From positions 69,949-133,948 of the forward strand of contig CAYMJR010000001.1 of NCBI GenBank assembly GCA_964391315.1: a stretch of 64,000 nucleotides of DNA, read 5' to 3'. Shown in pieces: positions 36,719-47,702 of this stretch. Positions within the stretch are counted from its first letter, which is position 1; every line of letters begins with the position of its first letter. The notes below the pieces were generated by a model, which saw only the letters and a program-made list of their open reading frames with translations, was not told the origin of the DNA and did not search any database. Origin of the DNA: an uncultured Gammaproteobacteria bacterium. GTDB lineage: Bacteria; Patescibacteriota; Microgenomatia; Levybacterales; UBA12049. Position numbers and translations under genes: made by a program.

Positions 36719-37291
36719 CTAATCTTCGTCTTGGTGAATCTTTGATTCTACCGGACCTTGTTGGAATTTATACTTTGCAAATTTTTTACTTGTATACGGA
36801 GTTTCTGCAGGACTTGATAATTCTTCAAACGTCATCGCACAGATCCGCATCCCAACAGTAAGCTTTATTGCCATACGGCCAAGATTGCCAAGTTCCAAAA
36901 CTGGCTTACCATCCCATCCCGGATCAAAGATCGATGCTGTTGAATGAACGACGAGTCCCAAACGTCCAAGAGATGATCGTCCTTCAAGTCGTCCCATCAA
37001 ATCATTTGGGATTTTCACATTTTCCAAAGTAACAGCAAGCACAAATTCCCCTGGCTGCATGATAAACTCTCCGCCATCTTCAATAACAATCTCTTTGGTA
37101 ATTTCATTGCTGAAATCTTTTTTTGAAGGATCGATAAAGGAGTACTTGTTCTGGTCAAAAACGCGGAAAGCATTACCAAGGCGAAGATCTATTGAGCAGC
37201 TGCCAAGTTGGGTCGCAAAATCAGGAGTTGGGGTAATTTCAATTCTTTTTGATTCAAGTGCTTTTTTGATATCCCGATCTGACAAAACCAT
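36719..37291 (-). CDS. dcd: dCTP deaminase
   Basis: 190 aa. MVLSDRDIKKAL start, SIDLRLGN and GRLEGRSSLGRLGL motifs. Confidence 0.9.
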   Translation of the reverse strand: MVLSDRDIKKALESKRIEITPTPDFATQLGSCSIDLRLGNAFRVFDQNKYSFIDPSKKDFSNEITKEIVIEDGGEFIMQPGEFVLAVTLENVKIPNDLMGRLEGRSSLGRLGLVVHSTASIFDPGWDGKPVLELGNLGRMAIKLTVGMRICAMTFEELSSPAETPYTSKKFAKYKFQQGPVESKIHQDED

Positions 37292-37359
37292 AGGATGAGT
37301 TTAGCAAAAGATGAGGAAATTAACAATTACAAACTTAATTAATACAGCAGATCACCTTA

Positions 37360-38052
37360 TCAAGGTTGAAATGTCCCTTTATATGCAACACCTAGGGGAA
37401 GTCCTGCTATACCTCTCTCATATTTAGCTCTCACTTGTGATGCTTCTGGACTTAATTCTGTTTCGGGATTTTGTTTAATAACAGTATTTAAAAATTCAGC
37501 TACTGACGCTCCTGCACGCTGATTTACATCACTGCCTCCCATCGGTAACATATTTACATAATCGCGTATAACAGAAAGGCGAGAAGTCAACCTTGCGATA
37601 GTATCGATTGGTGCAGTTCTCGCATTTTGCACAAAAGCAAAAGGTAAAATAAAAAATGCCTTATTTTCTTCCCCTCTTCCAACAACAAAAAAAGGATCGA
37701 TTGGTCGAGTTAATGCTTTCACTTGTTCTGGATCTGCTGCATCAATAAGATCAATACCTGCATGTGTATCTTCGGCAACAATAAGATTAACATCTCTTTG
37801 TACTCCCGTTTCCCCTGCAATTGACGCAATGGTCGTCATCGCCAGCTCATCAAGATATGGGTTTCCCGACTGATACTGTAAATAATCCAAAGCACTATCA
37901 AAATAATCAAGCACCATGTCGTCCCGTTCTGCTTCTCCTAATTGCTGCCACTGTTCGACAGAGGTAACAGCAGCATATCTTTGATTGACGTTATCAAAAG
38001 CATGTGCGGCTCCTCCTTGTGGTAAACCTAAATTACTTTCTGCGCGGCTCAT
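37360..38052 (-). CDS. Hypothetical protein
   Basis: ATG at 38052 (MSRAESNLGLPQGG...) preferred over the TTG at 38100. Acidic, soluble. No family recognised. Confidence 0.45.
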   Translation of the reverse strand: MSRAESNLGLPQGGAAHAFDNVNQRYAAVTSVEQWQQLGEAERDDMVLDYFDSALDYLQYQSGNPYLDELAMTTIASIAGETGVQRDVNLIVAEDTHAGIDLIDAADPEQVKALTRPIDPFFVVGRGEENKAFFILPFAFVQNARTAPIDTIARLTSRLSVIRDYVNMLPMGGSDVNQRAGASVAEFLNTVIKQNPETELSPEASQVRAKYERGIAGLPLGVAYKGTFQP

Positions 38053-38124
38053 AAAATAATTATTATTTGATAATAGATAATAAGGCCGAGAAATTAACAA
38101 TTGAGAACTCCGTAAGCTATAAAA

Positions 38125-38754
38125 CTAAGACGGTTTTGCAATATTTATTCCTAATGATTTAACTATATCTGTAAGTATCTCACCGTATTTGCTTGCCCGT
38201 TCATACTCTCGTTTACTAGGAGGAGTATCTTTATCTTTGCCAGGATATGGTTCAAAGGTATATAGTCCATGCCTCAATCTGGATTCGTTCAAATCTAAAA
38301 GGGTATGATCGGATGTTCGTTCCTGCATGTCATACCCCTCTGCACCAGACTCCTGAGGTGATAGAACAATAATTAATCTGCGAGGATCATTTTCTGGCTT
38401 AAATTCTTTAACTCCTGTATAGTTTATAAGTAATAATGCATATGACCTTCCACTTCCATCAGTATGAAATGCTTTTGCATGTTGCCATGCATAGCCTCCT
38501 TCTGTAGGATCAGCAGGAGTAGTCTTCAAAATATAACGCACAATTGCGTCAGCATTCCGAGCATTTTCTTCTCTTATTTCTTCTAATGTCCTCGGTGGCG
38601 CTTCCCCTGCACCAGAATGCTGAGCATTTGCATTTTCTATTTCTTCTGATGTACTCAGTATCGCTCCCCTATCTTGAACTGGTACAGATATTACTTTTAC
38701 TTTTCTGAATGCTGCTTTAAATGGAATTGGTACTTCTTTAAATGGATTTGGCAT
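38125..38754 (-). CDS. Hypothetical protein
   Basis: ATG at 38754 (MPNPFKEV...) preferred over the GTG at 38781, because a TTGTAT-N17-TATAAT promoter places the -10 inside the GTG-extended region. No family recognised. Confidence 0.45.
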   Translation of the reverse strand: MPNPFKEVPIPFKAAFRKVKVISVPVQDRGAILSTSEEIENANAQHSGAGEAPPRTLEEIREENARNADAIVRYILKTTPADPTEGGYAWQHAKAFHTDGSGRSYALLLINYTGVKEFKPENDPRRLIIVLSPQESGAEGYDMQERTSDHTLLDLNESRLRHGLYTFEPYPGKDKDTPPSKREYERASKYGEILTDIVKSLGINIAKPS

Positions 38755-38855
38755 ATTTCTATCGGCATTATACTTTTCCACCTATTAAAATACAAACACA
38801 ACCTTGCGCGAAAAAGTGATGCACAGCAGTATTCTCTTCCTTTATAATAATAATT

Positions 38856-40373
38856 GTGAAGAAATTATTATTTGCACTGATTCCTTTTCTCTATCTTTTG
38901 ATTCTTCTTTTCCAAAAAGATCTCGCCATGACATCTGATCTGGGACGTCACCTCAAACTCGGTGAAATTATTTTGCAATGTCACTGCGTCCCGCAAACCA
39001 ACCTCTTCTCCTACACCAACCCCAACTTCCCCATTGTGAATCATGAATGGCTTGGCGAAGTCATCTTTTATCTTGTTTCCGCAGCCTTCGGCTTGTCCGG
39101 CCTTCTCATTTTTAAGATGCTCGTCATCATAACAGCAGCTGCTCTTTTATATATAGTAGCTCTCAAAAAAGGCTCAATTTTCTGGGTAACTCTTTTTTCA
39201 CTTCTCTGCATTACTTTGTTCTCAATGCGGTTTTTTGTTCTGCCCGAGCTTTTTAGCTATCTCTTTATTGCCCTTTTTATCTTTCTTATGGAGCGGTATA
39301 AACAAACGAAGAAACTCTCTCTCTTATTATTGCTACCAATTCTCGAATTAATGTGGGTCAACATGCACATCTACTTTATCCTCGGCATCAGCATCTATAT
39401 ATTCTTTATCTTGGAAACCTTACTTCAAGAAAGAAAGCCAAACAAAAATCTGTTACTTATTGGTGCAGCACTCCTTCTTGCAACATTACTGAACCCCAGC
39501 GGCATCCGAGGCGCGCTTCTTCCCTTTACCTTTTCAGCAAATTATGGCTTTACTGTCGAAGAAAACGGCAGTCCCTTCACGATACTTACTCCCAACAGTA
39601 CCAATGGCAATCTCGCCTATACTCTTGTGCTTCAGATCTTTGTTTTTGAATTCCTGCTGGGCATTTTTCTGATCGGTCTCTTTTTGAAAAAACTCTGGAA
39701 GCATCCTTTTCATCTTGGCAATGGCCTGACAGCTGCCTTCCTAGGAGCAAAATATACACGATGTGTGAGTCTTTTTGGTCTTTTGGGTTTTATTCCATTA
39801 GTACAAATGGCAACAATACTTGAAGAAAAGGTGAAAAACAGTATGGAAGAGCCTATGCGAAATATTGTCAAAGATACACTTGCCGTGCTAGTTGTTATTC
39901 TTGTCGGAATTCATGTCAAAGGAGTAATCGATTACAAAATTCTGCAATTTGGGTTTGAACCATCAGCTGAAAATGCTGCGGCCTTTATCAAAAACACTGG
40001 TGTTAAAGGACGGATTTTCAACAATTATGTCGTTGGCAACTATCTGATCTATGCTCTCTATCCACAAGAACAAGTCTATGTCGATGCGAGACCTGAAGCA
40101 TATCCTGCTGGCTTTTTTACTGATTATTGGCGCATGATGGCAGATCAGACATTTTTTGATCAGCAAGTACAAAAATATAATATCAACGCAGTCGTCTTCA
40201 ATGTAGCACTGGAAGATCCAACAAGAAGCAGACCGTTTCTCATCCGACTACTACAAAGTAATCAATGGATCCCCGTTTATGGCGACGGAACAATAACTAT
40301 TCTCGTCCGAAACAACACAGTAAACAAAGCTGTAATTGATAAATATAGAATTCCTCTGGGAACTAATTACTAG
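38856..40373 (+). CDS. Polytopic membrane protein, possible GT-C-type glycosyltransferase
   Basis: 505 aa, GTG start. About 10 hydrophobic segments followed by a soluble C-terminal domain. Assignment is by architecture only. Confidence 0.4.
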   Translation: MKKLLFALIPFLYLLILLFQKDLAMTSDLGRHLKLGEIILQCHCVPQTNLFSYTNPNFPIVNHEWLGEVIFYLVSAAFGLSGLLIFKMLVIITAAALLYIVALKKGSIFWVTLFSLLCITLFSMRFFVLPELFSYLFIALFIFLMERYKQTKKLSLLLLLPILELMWVNMHIYFILGISIYIFFILETLLQERKPNKNLLLIGAALLLATLLNPSGIRGALLPFTFSANYGFTVEENGSPFTILTPNSTNGNLAYTLVLQIFVFEFLLGIFLIGLFLKKLWKHPFHLGNGLTAAFLGAKYTRCVSLFGLLGFIPLVQMATILEEKVKNSMEEPMRNIVKDTLAVLVVILVGIHVKGVIDYKILQFGFEPSAENAAAFIKNTGVKGRIFNNYVVGNYLIYALYPQEQVYVDARPEAYPAGFFTDYWRMMADQTFFDQQVQKYNINAVVFNVALEDPTRSRPFLIRLLQSNQWIPVYGDGTITILVRNNTVNKAVIDKYRIPLGTNY

Positions 40374-41925
40374 ATCCTAAACGGATCTGCTGAAAGTTTA
40401 TTATTGCATCCTGGTATAATTCCGATAAGGATATCGTTTTCCCTTTACAATTGTTCTTTAATGTATAAACACCGAGTGAGTACTTACCATCAGGATTAGG
40501 AAATGACTTGGCGAGAACAAAAAACCGATCGAGCCCTACTCGCTGATCATATCGTGTTACGAAAAATACAGGATATTGTGATGTCATACATTGATAGGTA
40601 CCAATATCCGGAAAAAATTTTGCATCAATATGAAATGGGAATAATTGCAGATCTTTATCTGAATAGGCATCAATAGCATTTTCAGGATTGCCGGAATTTA
40701 TTGCAAAAAACACAAGTGTTGGCTTCGTGGGGATTGAATTGTCTTTGATATAACTCATGATCTCTTTAATCCCATACCCAGATGTCTGTCCTCTCACATG
40801 CTCGACATTGGAATCCGCAGAAACTTTCGCCATATGCATAATATAGCTGTCAGGAGAAACAATAAGATAAAGAGAGCAAACCAAAGGTACCATGACAAAA
40901 ATACCTGTAGCAACATATCGCATGACAGTATTTTTCAAAAAAGTGAGTAGATAAACACCTGGGATAATAAAAAATGGTAGAAAAGGCATAAGATAGCGCT
41001 GATTTTGACTCCTGGCCAAAAACATCTCAAGAAACAACGCAAGGATAAAATAGGTCAAGTAAATCGAACTATCCTCCACTTTCTTTCTCCACATCAAGAC
41101 AAGCCCTGAAATTCCGCATAAAAAGACAACAGGAGTAATAAAGAAAAACCCAATATCAATAAACCTCCACACATTTGTCCACCAGGTACCAAATGGAAAG
41201 CGACTCAGCTCGCCAAATGTTAACGAGTAACGATCATTTGATCCAAACGTCTGCCAGAAATACGCGCTGACAAATAAAATTGTATCCACAATAAGCATTG
41301 AGACAATGGCAACAAGCGATGGTTTGATAAGTTCTTTTCTCCCCTTTTTTAGGATTGCAAAAAGCAAAATAGCAACTGCTGAAGCGATGAAGAGTAAGAT
41401 TGATGATTTTATCAAAAATCCAATTCCCAAAAGAATACCCAATGTTCTTCCATTCTGTAGATTCGGCTTGTGAATAAGATTCAGCAACGCATAAAATGCC
41501 CAGATCCCAATACATGCGACATCTGCTTCCATAAGTGCCTGTCTGTTGTAGAAAACAAAAATCGGGACAATTGCAAAAACGAGCGCAGAGAGAAATGCTA
41601 CCTGTTTGTCAAACATTTTCTTTGCAATTGCATAGATACCAACAAGTGTTCCCGCACCAAAAAGGACTGAGACAAATCTTCCTGCAAAAAGCGGATCAGC
41701 CAAAAAGTTTTCAAATATGCCGAAGATCCAGAATGTGAGTGGCTGTTTGGAATCGACGAGTGAGTCATAAAGATGCCCTGGTAGATGAGTGTCGCTCCAT
41801 GCCCAATCGATATAAATGGACTCATCATTGTACGGGACAAGCAAAGTGAGGTTGATGAAATGAAAAATGAAATAAAAAACTAGTAGACCCAAAATCAACC
41901 GATGCCTTAGAATTAATCTATTCAT
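40363..41925 (-). CDS. GT-C glycosyltransferase, PMT/ArnT (family 39/83)-like
   Basis: 520 aa. First-loop DE motif (VPYNDESIY), PLFAGRFVSVLFGAGTLVGIY and many TM segments, as in PMT_2-type enzymes. Confidence 0.65.
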   Translation of the reverse strand: MNRLILRHRLILGLLVFYFIFHFINLTLLVPYNDESIYIDWAWSDTHLPGHLYDSLVDSKQPLTFWIFGIFENFLADPLFAGRFVSVLFGAGTLVGIYAIAKKMFDKQVAFLSALVFAIVPIFVFYNRQALMEADVACIGIWAFYALLNLIHKPNLQNGRTLGILLGIGFLIKSSILLFIASAVAILLFAILKKGRKELIKPSLVAIVSMLIVDTILFVSAYFWQTFGSNDRYSLTFGELSRFPFGTWWTNVWRFIDIGFFFITPVVFLCGISGLVLMWRKKVEDSSIYLTYFILALFLEMFLARSQNQRYLMPFLPFFIIPGVYLLTFLKNTVMRYVATGIFVMVPLVCSLYLIVSPDSYIMHMAKVSADSNVEHVRGQTSGYGIKEIMSYIKDNSIPTKPTLVFFAINSGNPENAIDAYSDKDLQLFPFHIDAKFFPDIGTYQCMTSQYPVFFVTRYDQRVGLDRFFVLAKSFPNPDGKYSLGVYTLKNNCKGKTISLSELYQDAIINFQQIRLGSSN

Positions 41926-42096
41926 TATATCCTTACTCTCTCATGCTATCACCCCTTAACTCTTCTTTTCAAGAACCTTATCACTATTAATTTTTATTTA
42001 AAAATCTAAAGCCTTTATACAAATACTATATCTGACAAAAATCTGACAATAGATGAGCGATCTAGAGCATTTTGAACTAGAATATTTTTTCCTCTC

Positions 42097-42125
42097 TTGA
42101 CAGACCGTTAACTATGGGTTATTAT
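42097..42125 (+). promoter_or_regulatory. Promoter TTGACA-N17-TATTAT (twin copy 1)
   Basis: -35 at 42097-42102, -10 at 42120-42125, ATG at 42137 (11 nt later). Shares CTCTTGACA-N6-TAACTATGGGTTA with the 42752 copy. Confidence 0.6.
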
Positions 42126-42136
42126 ACTCAGGTATT

Positions 42137-42553
42137 ATGTCAGCAGCAAGAATAATTGAAGCCGGAAAGTCTGTAGGTTCTCATGCAGCTATTGATGCTG
42201 CACGCCTCCCCGTTGAACCAACCCTAAAGAGAAGAAGACTTTCTGATGTAGTTGTAAAGGGCGGAATAACTTTAACAGGAATTGCCCTTGCAGGTGTACT
42301 ACTAACTGGATGTCGAGGAACAGGAACTGATAACGGTAGCAGCAATCAAGGGAACCCATCTAAAGGTGACAACAAAGGCACAAGCGTCTATAAGGGCGAT
42401 TATGGAAAAGATCTTGCAAACTGCATTAATGATGCCACTAGAAATGAGCCAAAGACTACTACTACTACTGCCACACCTGATCCAAAAGCATATCCTGATC
42501 CCACTATTCTTGAGAAATGCAAGGTTAAACTGCTTAATCAACCACATTCCTAA
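42137..42553 (+). CDS. Small membrane-anchored/lipoprotein-like protein
   Basis: 138 aa. About 45-aa basic N-terminus, TM segment GGITLTGIALAGVLLTGC with a lipobox-like LTGC, then a T-rich extracellular tail. Confidence 0.55.
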   Translation: MSAARIIEAGKSVGSHAAIDAARLPVEPTLKRRRLSDVVVKGGITLTGIALAGVLLTGCRGTGTDNGSSNQGNPSKGDNKGTSVYKGDYGKDLANCINDATRNEPKTTTTTATPDPKAYPDPTILEKCKVKLLNQPHS

Positions 42554-42751
42554 TATAATTATCTTATACTAAGATAAATCTGAGCACATAATTTACCAGT
42601 ATTTTGTCTATTCTCCCTCAAATCATATCAAACATCCTGCACTCTCAATTGTAATAATCACAGACAAACACTACAATACTATATCAAATCCTTATATTGA
42701 TATATTACCATCATTTATGTCATATTTAATCTAGGTCTGTAAATTCACCTC

Positions 42752-42780
42752 TTGACAAATATATAACTATGGGTTAGTAT
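42752..42780 (+). promoter_or_regulatory. Promoter TTGACA-N17-TAGTAT (twin copy 2)
   Basis: -35 at 42752-42757, -10 at 42775-42780, ATG at 42790 (9 nt later). Confidence 0.6.
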
Positions 42781-42789
42781 ATTATTACT

Positions 42790-43080
42790 ATGTCAGCAGA
42801 AATACGACGAACTCTTCATTCAGGAAGACCTGAAAGACCTTGGACTCAAGATCGAAGACATTTACCAAATCCATTAACTGTGATACGTAATGGTCTGACT
42901 AGTGAAGATCCAACAATACGTCGTAATACACGAATAGGCGTTGCTATTTTAGCTATACCAACAGTAGTTGCTACGTTCTTTGGAGCAAGTATTGGTCTTG
43001 AACACGGTGTTCATGTTACTACACCTGATGGTGTTGTTCCACACCCAACACCTGCTACTCCTCAACCTGGTGGAGCATAA
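42790..43080 (+). CDS. Small single-pass membrane protein
   Basis: 96 aa. Begins MSA like the 42137 product. R-rich about 46-aa N-terminus, TM segment IGVAILAIPTVVATFFGASIG, short P/T tail. Confidence 0.55.
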   Translation: MSAEIRRTLHSGRPERPWTQDRRHLPNPLTVIRNGLTSEDPTIRRNTRIGVAILAIPTVVATFFGASIGLEHGVHVTTPDGVVPHPTPATPQPGGA

Positions 43081-43143
43081 AGGCAAATTTTCTAAAAACT
43101 TCCTAATTTTTTTGGTAAACTCTTCAAGAATCTTAAAGAACAG

Positions 43144-43172
43144 TTGACAAGCATTCGCCACTCACGTAAGCT
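43144..43172 (+). promoter_or_regulatory. Promoter TTGACA-N17-TAAGCT, ATG 7 nt after the -10
   Basis: -35 at 43144-43149, -10 at 43167-43172, ATG at 43180. Confidence 0.5.
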
Positions 43173-43179
43173 AAAATTA

Positions 43180-44820
<1,641 letters not shown>

Positions 44821-44840
44821 AGTAAGATAGATAATAAGAT

Positions 44841-46439
44841 ATGAAAAAATATTCTTCTGCTAAAGGGTTAATGATCTTTATAGGAATGATCGTAGTATTC
44901 CTTTTTCTCCCGTCGCTTAGTATTAAGCAGAACACCTGTTATGCACAGGTCGGTGTGGGTGCATCATGTAATGCAGGTGGATATCCAGGCGTTTGTCATA
45001 CCAGGCCTAGTTACTCTTGTCCAACCTATTTTGACTCAGGAAATTATTGTCCTGGAGCCGCCAATGTCCAATGTTGTGTGAATAGTACGGTAAGCTGCGG
45101 TACTCCCTGGGGATCAGGAACGTGTCGCAATAACTATATGGCGTGTAATGGCACATACCACTCGGGATATTGTCCGGGTCCTTCTGATGTCCAATGTTGT
45201 GTTCCCAACCCACCAACCCCAACCCCGGTACCGGCTACCCCAACCCCTGCCACTTGTGTCAATGACCCAGATCTTACAGGCACAAATAGAATCATCTCCA
45301 CCGGTGTCGCAGTGAGTGCATCCGGAGTCTACAACAACGATACAGCCACTTACGGCCCTCAAAATATTGTTGATGGTGTTCTCGACCGCAATAAAATCTG
45401 GGATGCAGGAGGATTTCCGACACAATGGGTGGAATTTGATCTTGGAGCACCACAAGCTGTCGCTGGCATGAAACTTTATGTCAACCAGTCACCAAATGGA
45501 GGAACAACCCATCAAATTTATGGCGGTCCAAACCCAAATCCAACGACACTTCTTCGTACAATCAGCTGTGGTACAAATGATGGTGATGTGCTTACGGTCG
45601 ATTTTACTAACGCTAAAAATATTCGTTACATTAGAGTTACAACAACGGCAAGTCCGTCATGGGTAGCATGGAGTGAAATCACCATCTTTGGAACGTCACC
45701 CGGATCAGAAACAAAAACACCAGGGATTATCTTTTCAGGTGATGGATCGGCATCCTTTGGTCAGGGCCATGCTTCAACCACAAATTGGGTAGTGGGCGGA
45801 CTTTCCTCCTATTCTGAAGTATTCAATACCGTTACCAACAAATCTTTTACTAATTATCAAAATATTCTTGACCGCGTGCAAACCGGACAAATTCCAATCA
45901 CTGACATATCGACAATCTGTACGCTTACCAACTGTAGTCTGCCAGCTAACTTACCCAATGGTGTCTATCAAGCAAAGGGAAATCTCAATCTTAATGGTTA
46001 CACCTTCCCCGACAACAAAAATTATGTCTTTTTGATAAATGGGGACTTTACTATTCTTGGAAACATTGTTGTTCCGAATGGATCAACAGCCTTCTTTACA
46101 AGCAGCAATGACATTACAGTCGATACCAATGTTGGAACTGCAACCAATCTTTTTCCATTACCAGCAGGACAATTGGATGGCATCTATAGTGCAGATGCCA
46201 ACTTCAGAATCAACGGCATAAATAACTGTACCGTTGCAAAAGATAAAATGCTCAATGTCGAAGGTGCCATTGTGACTAACGCTGTTGGTAACGGCGGCAC
46301 ATTCAGAATACAACGGGATTTATGCGGCGACAATCTCCGCTATCCTGCATTTACTATACGCGCACGACTCGACATGTTGTTAAATATGCCTGAAGTTCTT
46401 ATGCAACAATCAACAACCCTAAAAGAAGATGCTCCCTAG
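44841..46439 (+). CDS. Secreted protein: two N-terminal 6-Cys modules, PT linker, F5/8 type C (discoidin)-like domain, beta-rich C-terminal domain
   Basis: 532 aa with a signal peptide. CNAGGYPGVCHTRPSYSCPTYFDSGNYCPGAANVQCC plus CGTPWGSGTCRNNYMACNGTYHSGYCPGPSDVQCC. NIVDGVLDRNKIWDAGGFPTQWVEFDLG...IRYIRVTTTASPSWVAWSEITIFG fits a discoidin domain. Confidence 0.7.
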   Translation: MKKYSSAKGLMIFIGMIVVFLFLPSLSIKQNTCYAQVGVGASCNAGGYPGVCHTRPSYSCPTYFDSGNYCPGAANVQCCVNSTVSCGTPWGSGTCRNNYMACNGTYHSGYCPGPSDVQCCVPNPPTPTPVPATPTPATCVNDPDLTGTNRIISTGVAVSASGVYNNDTATYGPQNIVDGVLDRNKIWDAGGFPTQWVEFDLGAPQAVAGMKLYVNQSPNGGTTHQIYGGPNPNPTTLLRTISCGTNDGDVLTVDFTNAKNIRYIRVTTTASPSWVAWSEITIFGTSPGSETKTPGIIFSGDGSASFGQGHASTTNWVVGGLSSYSEVFNTVTNKSFTNYQNILDRVQTGQIPITDISTICTLTNCSLPANLPNGVYQAKGNLNLNGYTFPDNKNYVFLINGDFTILGNIVVPNGSTAFFTSSNDITVDTNVGTATNLFPLPAGQLDGIYSADANFRINGINNCTVAKDKMLNVEGAIVTNAVGNGGTFRIQRDLCGDNLRYPAFTIRARLDMLLNMPEVLMQQSTTLKEDAP

Positions 46440-46487
46440 CTACTAACCCTTGACTCTTCACTCTATTCCTGAGTAAACTAAGAGTGT

Positions 46488-47699
46488 ATGAACCTTTCAA
46501 ACAGGATCAAAATCGTATTATCTCTGTTACTGATTCTTTTTATTAGTATTCCTATCACACTTTCCCTTATTCAAAAACAGCAAAATTCACATAGTAACGC
46601 ATCAGCAGGCACTACCCTTTCGCTCATTCCCGAACCTGGACCATCAAGCGATATTACAAAAACAGTTGGAGATACTGTTCCCATCGATATAAAAGTCGAT
46701 CCAGGATCAAACCTTGTAACAATCCTTCGTTTACAGGCACACTATGACCCCACCATACTTCAAGTGGATACGACCAACCCCTTCACACCCACCACCAAAT
46801 TTTCAATAACGCTCCAACCTGTTATCAATAATGGTACCGTCTCACTCATTATTACGACAGGTGGTTCTCCAAGTGATGCTATCCAATCGATAACGACAGC
46901 TGGGACTTTCCATTTTAAAGCAATTGGTGCAACAAGCGACTCACCGTCCGTTGTGTCGTTTACGTCGCAAACACAAGCATTTTCTGCAGGTTCCAATGAC
47001 ACCGCTCGGGATAATGTCCTCAGCAGCACAAATCCTGCTAACATCACAATCAGTACTGCCAGCGCTACTCCTACCCTTGTAACTCCTACAACGTCAAATA
47101 CCCAGCTGTCCTTTACCATTCTTCTCCATGGTATTGGAGCAGCTGGTGATACACCAAATCCCACAGCAAATGACTTAAGTAATAAAAACCCCAAGCGTCC
47201 TGAAAGGCAAGTAACAGCCTCTGTCTATGATTCCCACGACCAATTGGTAACCAGCGGTACCGGTACAATTACCTACGTAAGGACAAACGATAACGCCGAT
47301 GCTATTGGTACCTTTCAAGGATTAGTTACTCTTGGTGCTCCACTTGCCAATGGGAAATATACAGTAAAAGTCAAATCTGACGGCTATTTACGTAAATCTT
47401 TTCCCGGTACTATTACAATCGTTGGTAACCAGGTCAACGTTCTTCCTCCAATTGCTTTGGTTGCTGGTGATACTGACGGAGATAATGCGCTTACTATTCT
47501 TGATTATAATGCGCTTTTGGACTGCGGATATGGCTCCCTCAATCCACTTCCGCTCACCAACTTAAGTTCAGACTATAACTCATCTACTTGCAAAACACAT
47601 GAGCCAAGAAGTAATATTGATCTTAACGATGATGGATTTGTAAATGCGTATGACTATAACTTATTTATTCGAGAACTCTCAGTACAGAGCGGAGATTAA
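46488..47699 (+). CDS. Secreted protein with cohesin-like N-domain, beta-sandwich middle domain and C-terminal dockerin
   Basis: 403 aa with a signal/anchor. VGDTVPIDIKVDPGSNLVTILRLQAHYDPTILQV is cohesin-like. C-terminal GDTDGDNALTILDYNALL and DLNDDGFVNAYDYNLFIREL are two EF-hand-like dockerin repeats. Confidence 0.65.
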   Translation: MNLSNRIKIVLSLLLILFISIPITLSLIQKQQNSHSNASAGTTLSLIPEPGPSSDITKTVGDTVPIDIKVDPGSNLVTILRLQAHYDPTILQVDTTNPFTPTTKFSITLQPVINNGTVSLIITTGGSPSDAIQSITTAGTFHFKAIGATSDSPSVVSFTSQTQAFSAGSNDTARDNVLSSTNPANITISTASATPTLVTPTTSNTQLSFTILLHGIGAAGDTPNPTANDLSNKNPKRPERQVTASVYDSHDQLVTSGTGTITYVRTNDNADAIGTFQGLVTLGAPLANGKYTVKVKSDGYLRKSFPGTITIVGNQVNVLPPIALVAGDTDGDNALTILDYNALLDCGYGSLNPLPLTNLSSDYNSSTCKTHEPRSNIDLNDDGFVNAYDYNLFIRELSVQSGD

Positions 47700-47702
47700 C
47701 AC

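Noticed and set aside
43144-43179. The TTG start at 43144 for the adhesin-like gene.
   Set aside because: That TTG is the first half of a TTGACA -35 box, with N17 to TAAGCT. The ATG at 43180 begins a normal signal peptide (MSKVLSFFSCLTIV...).
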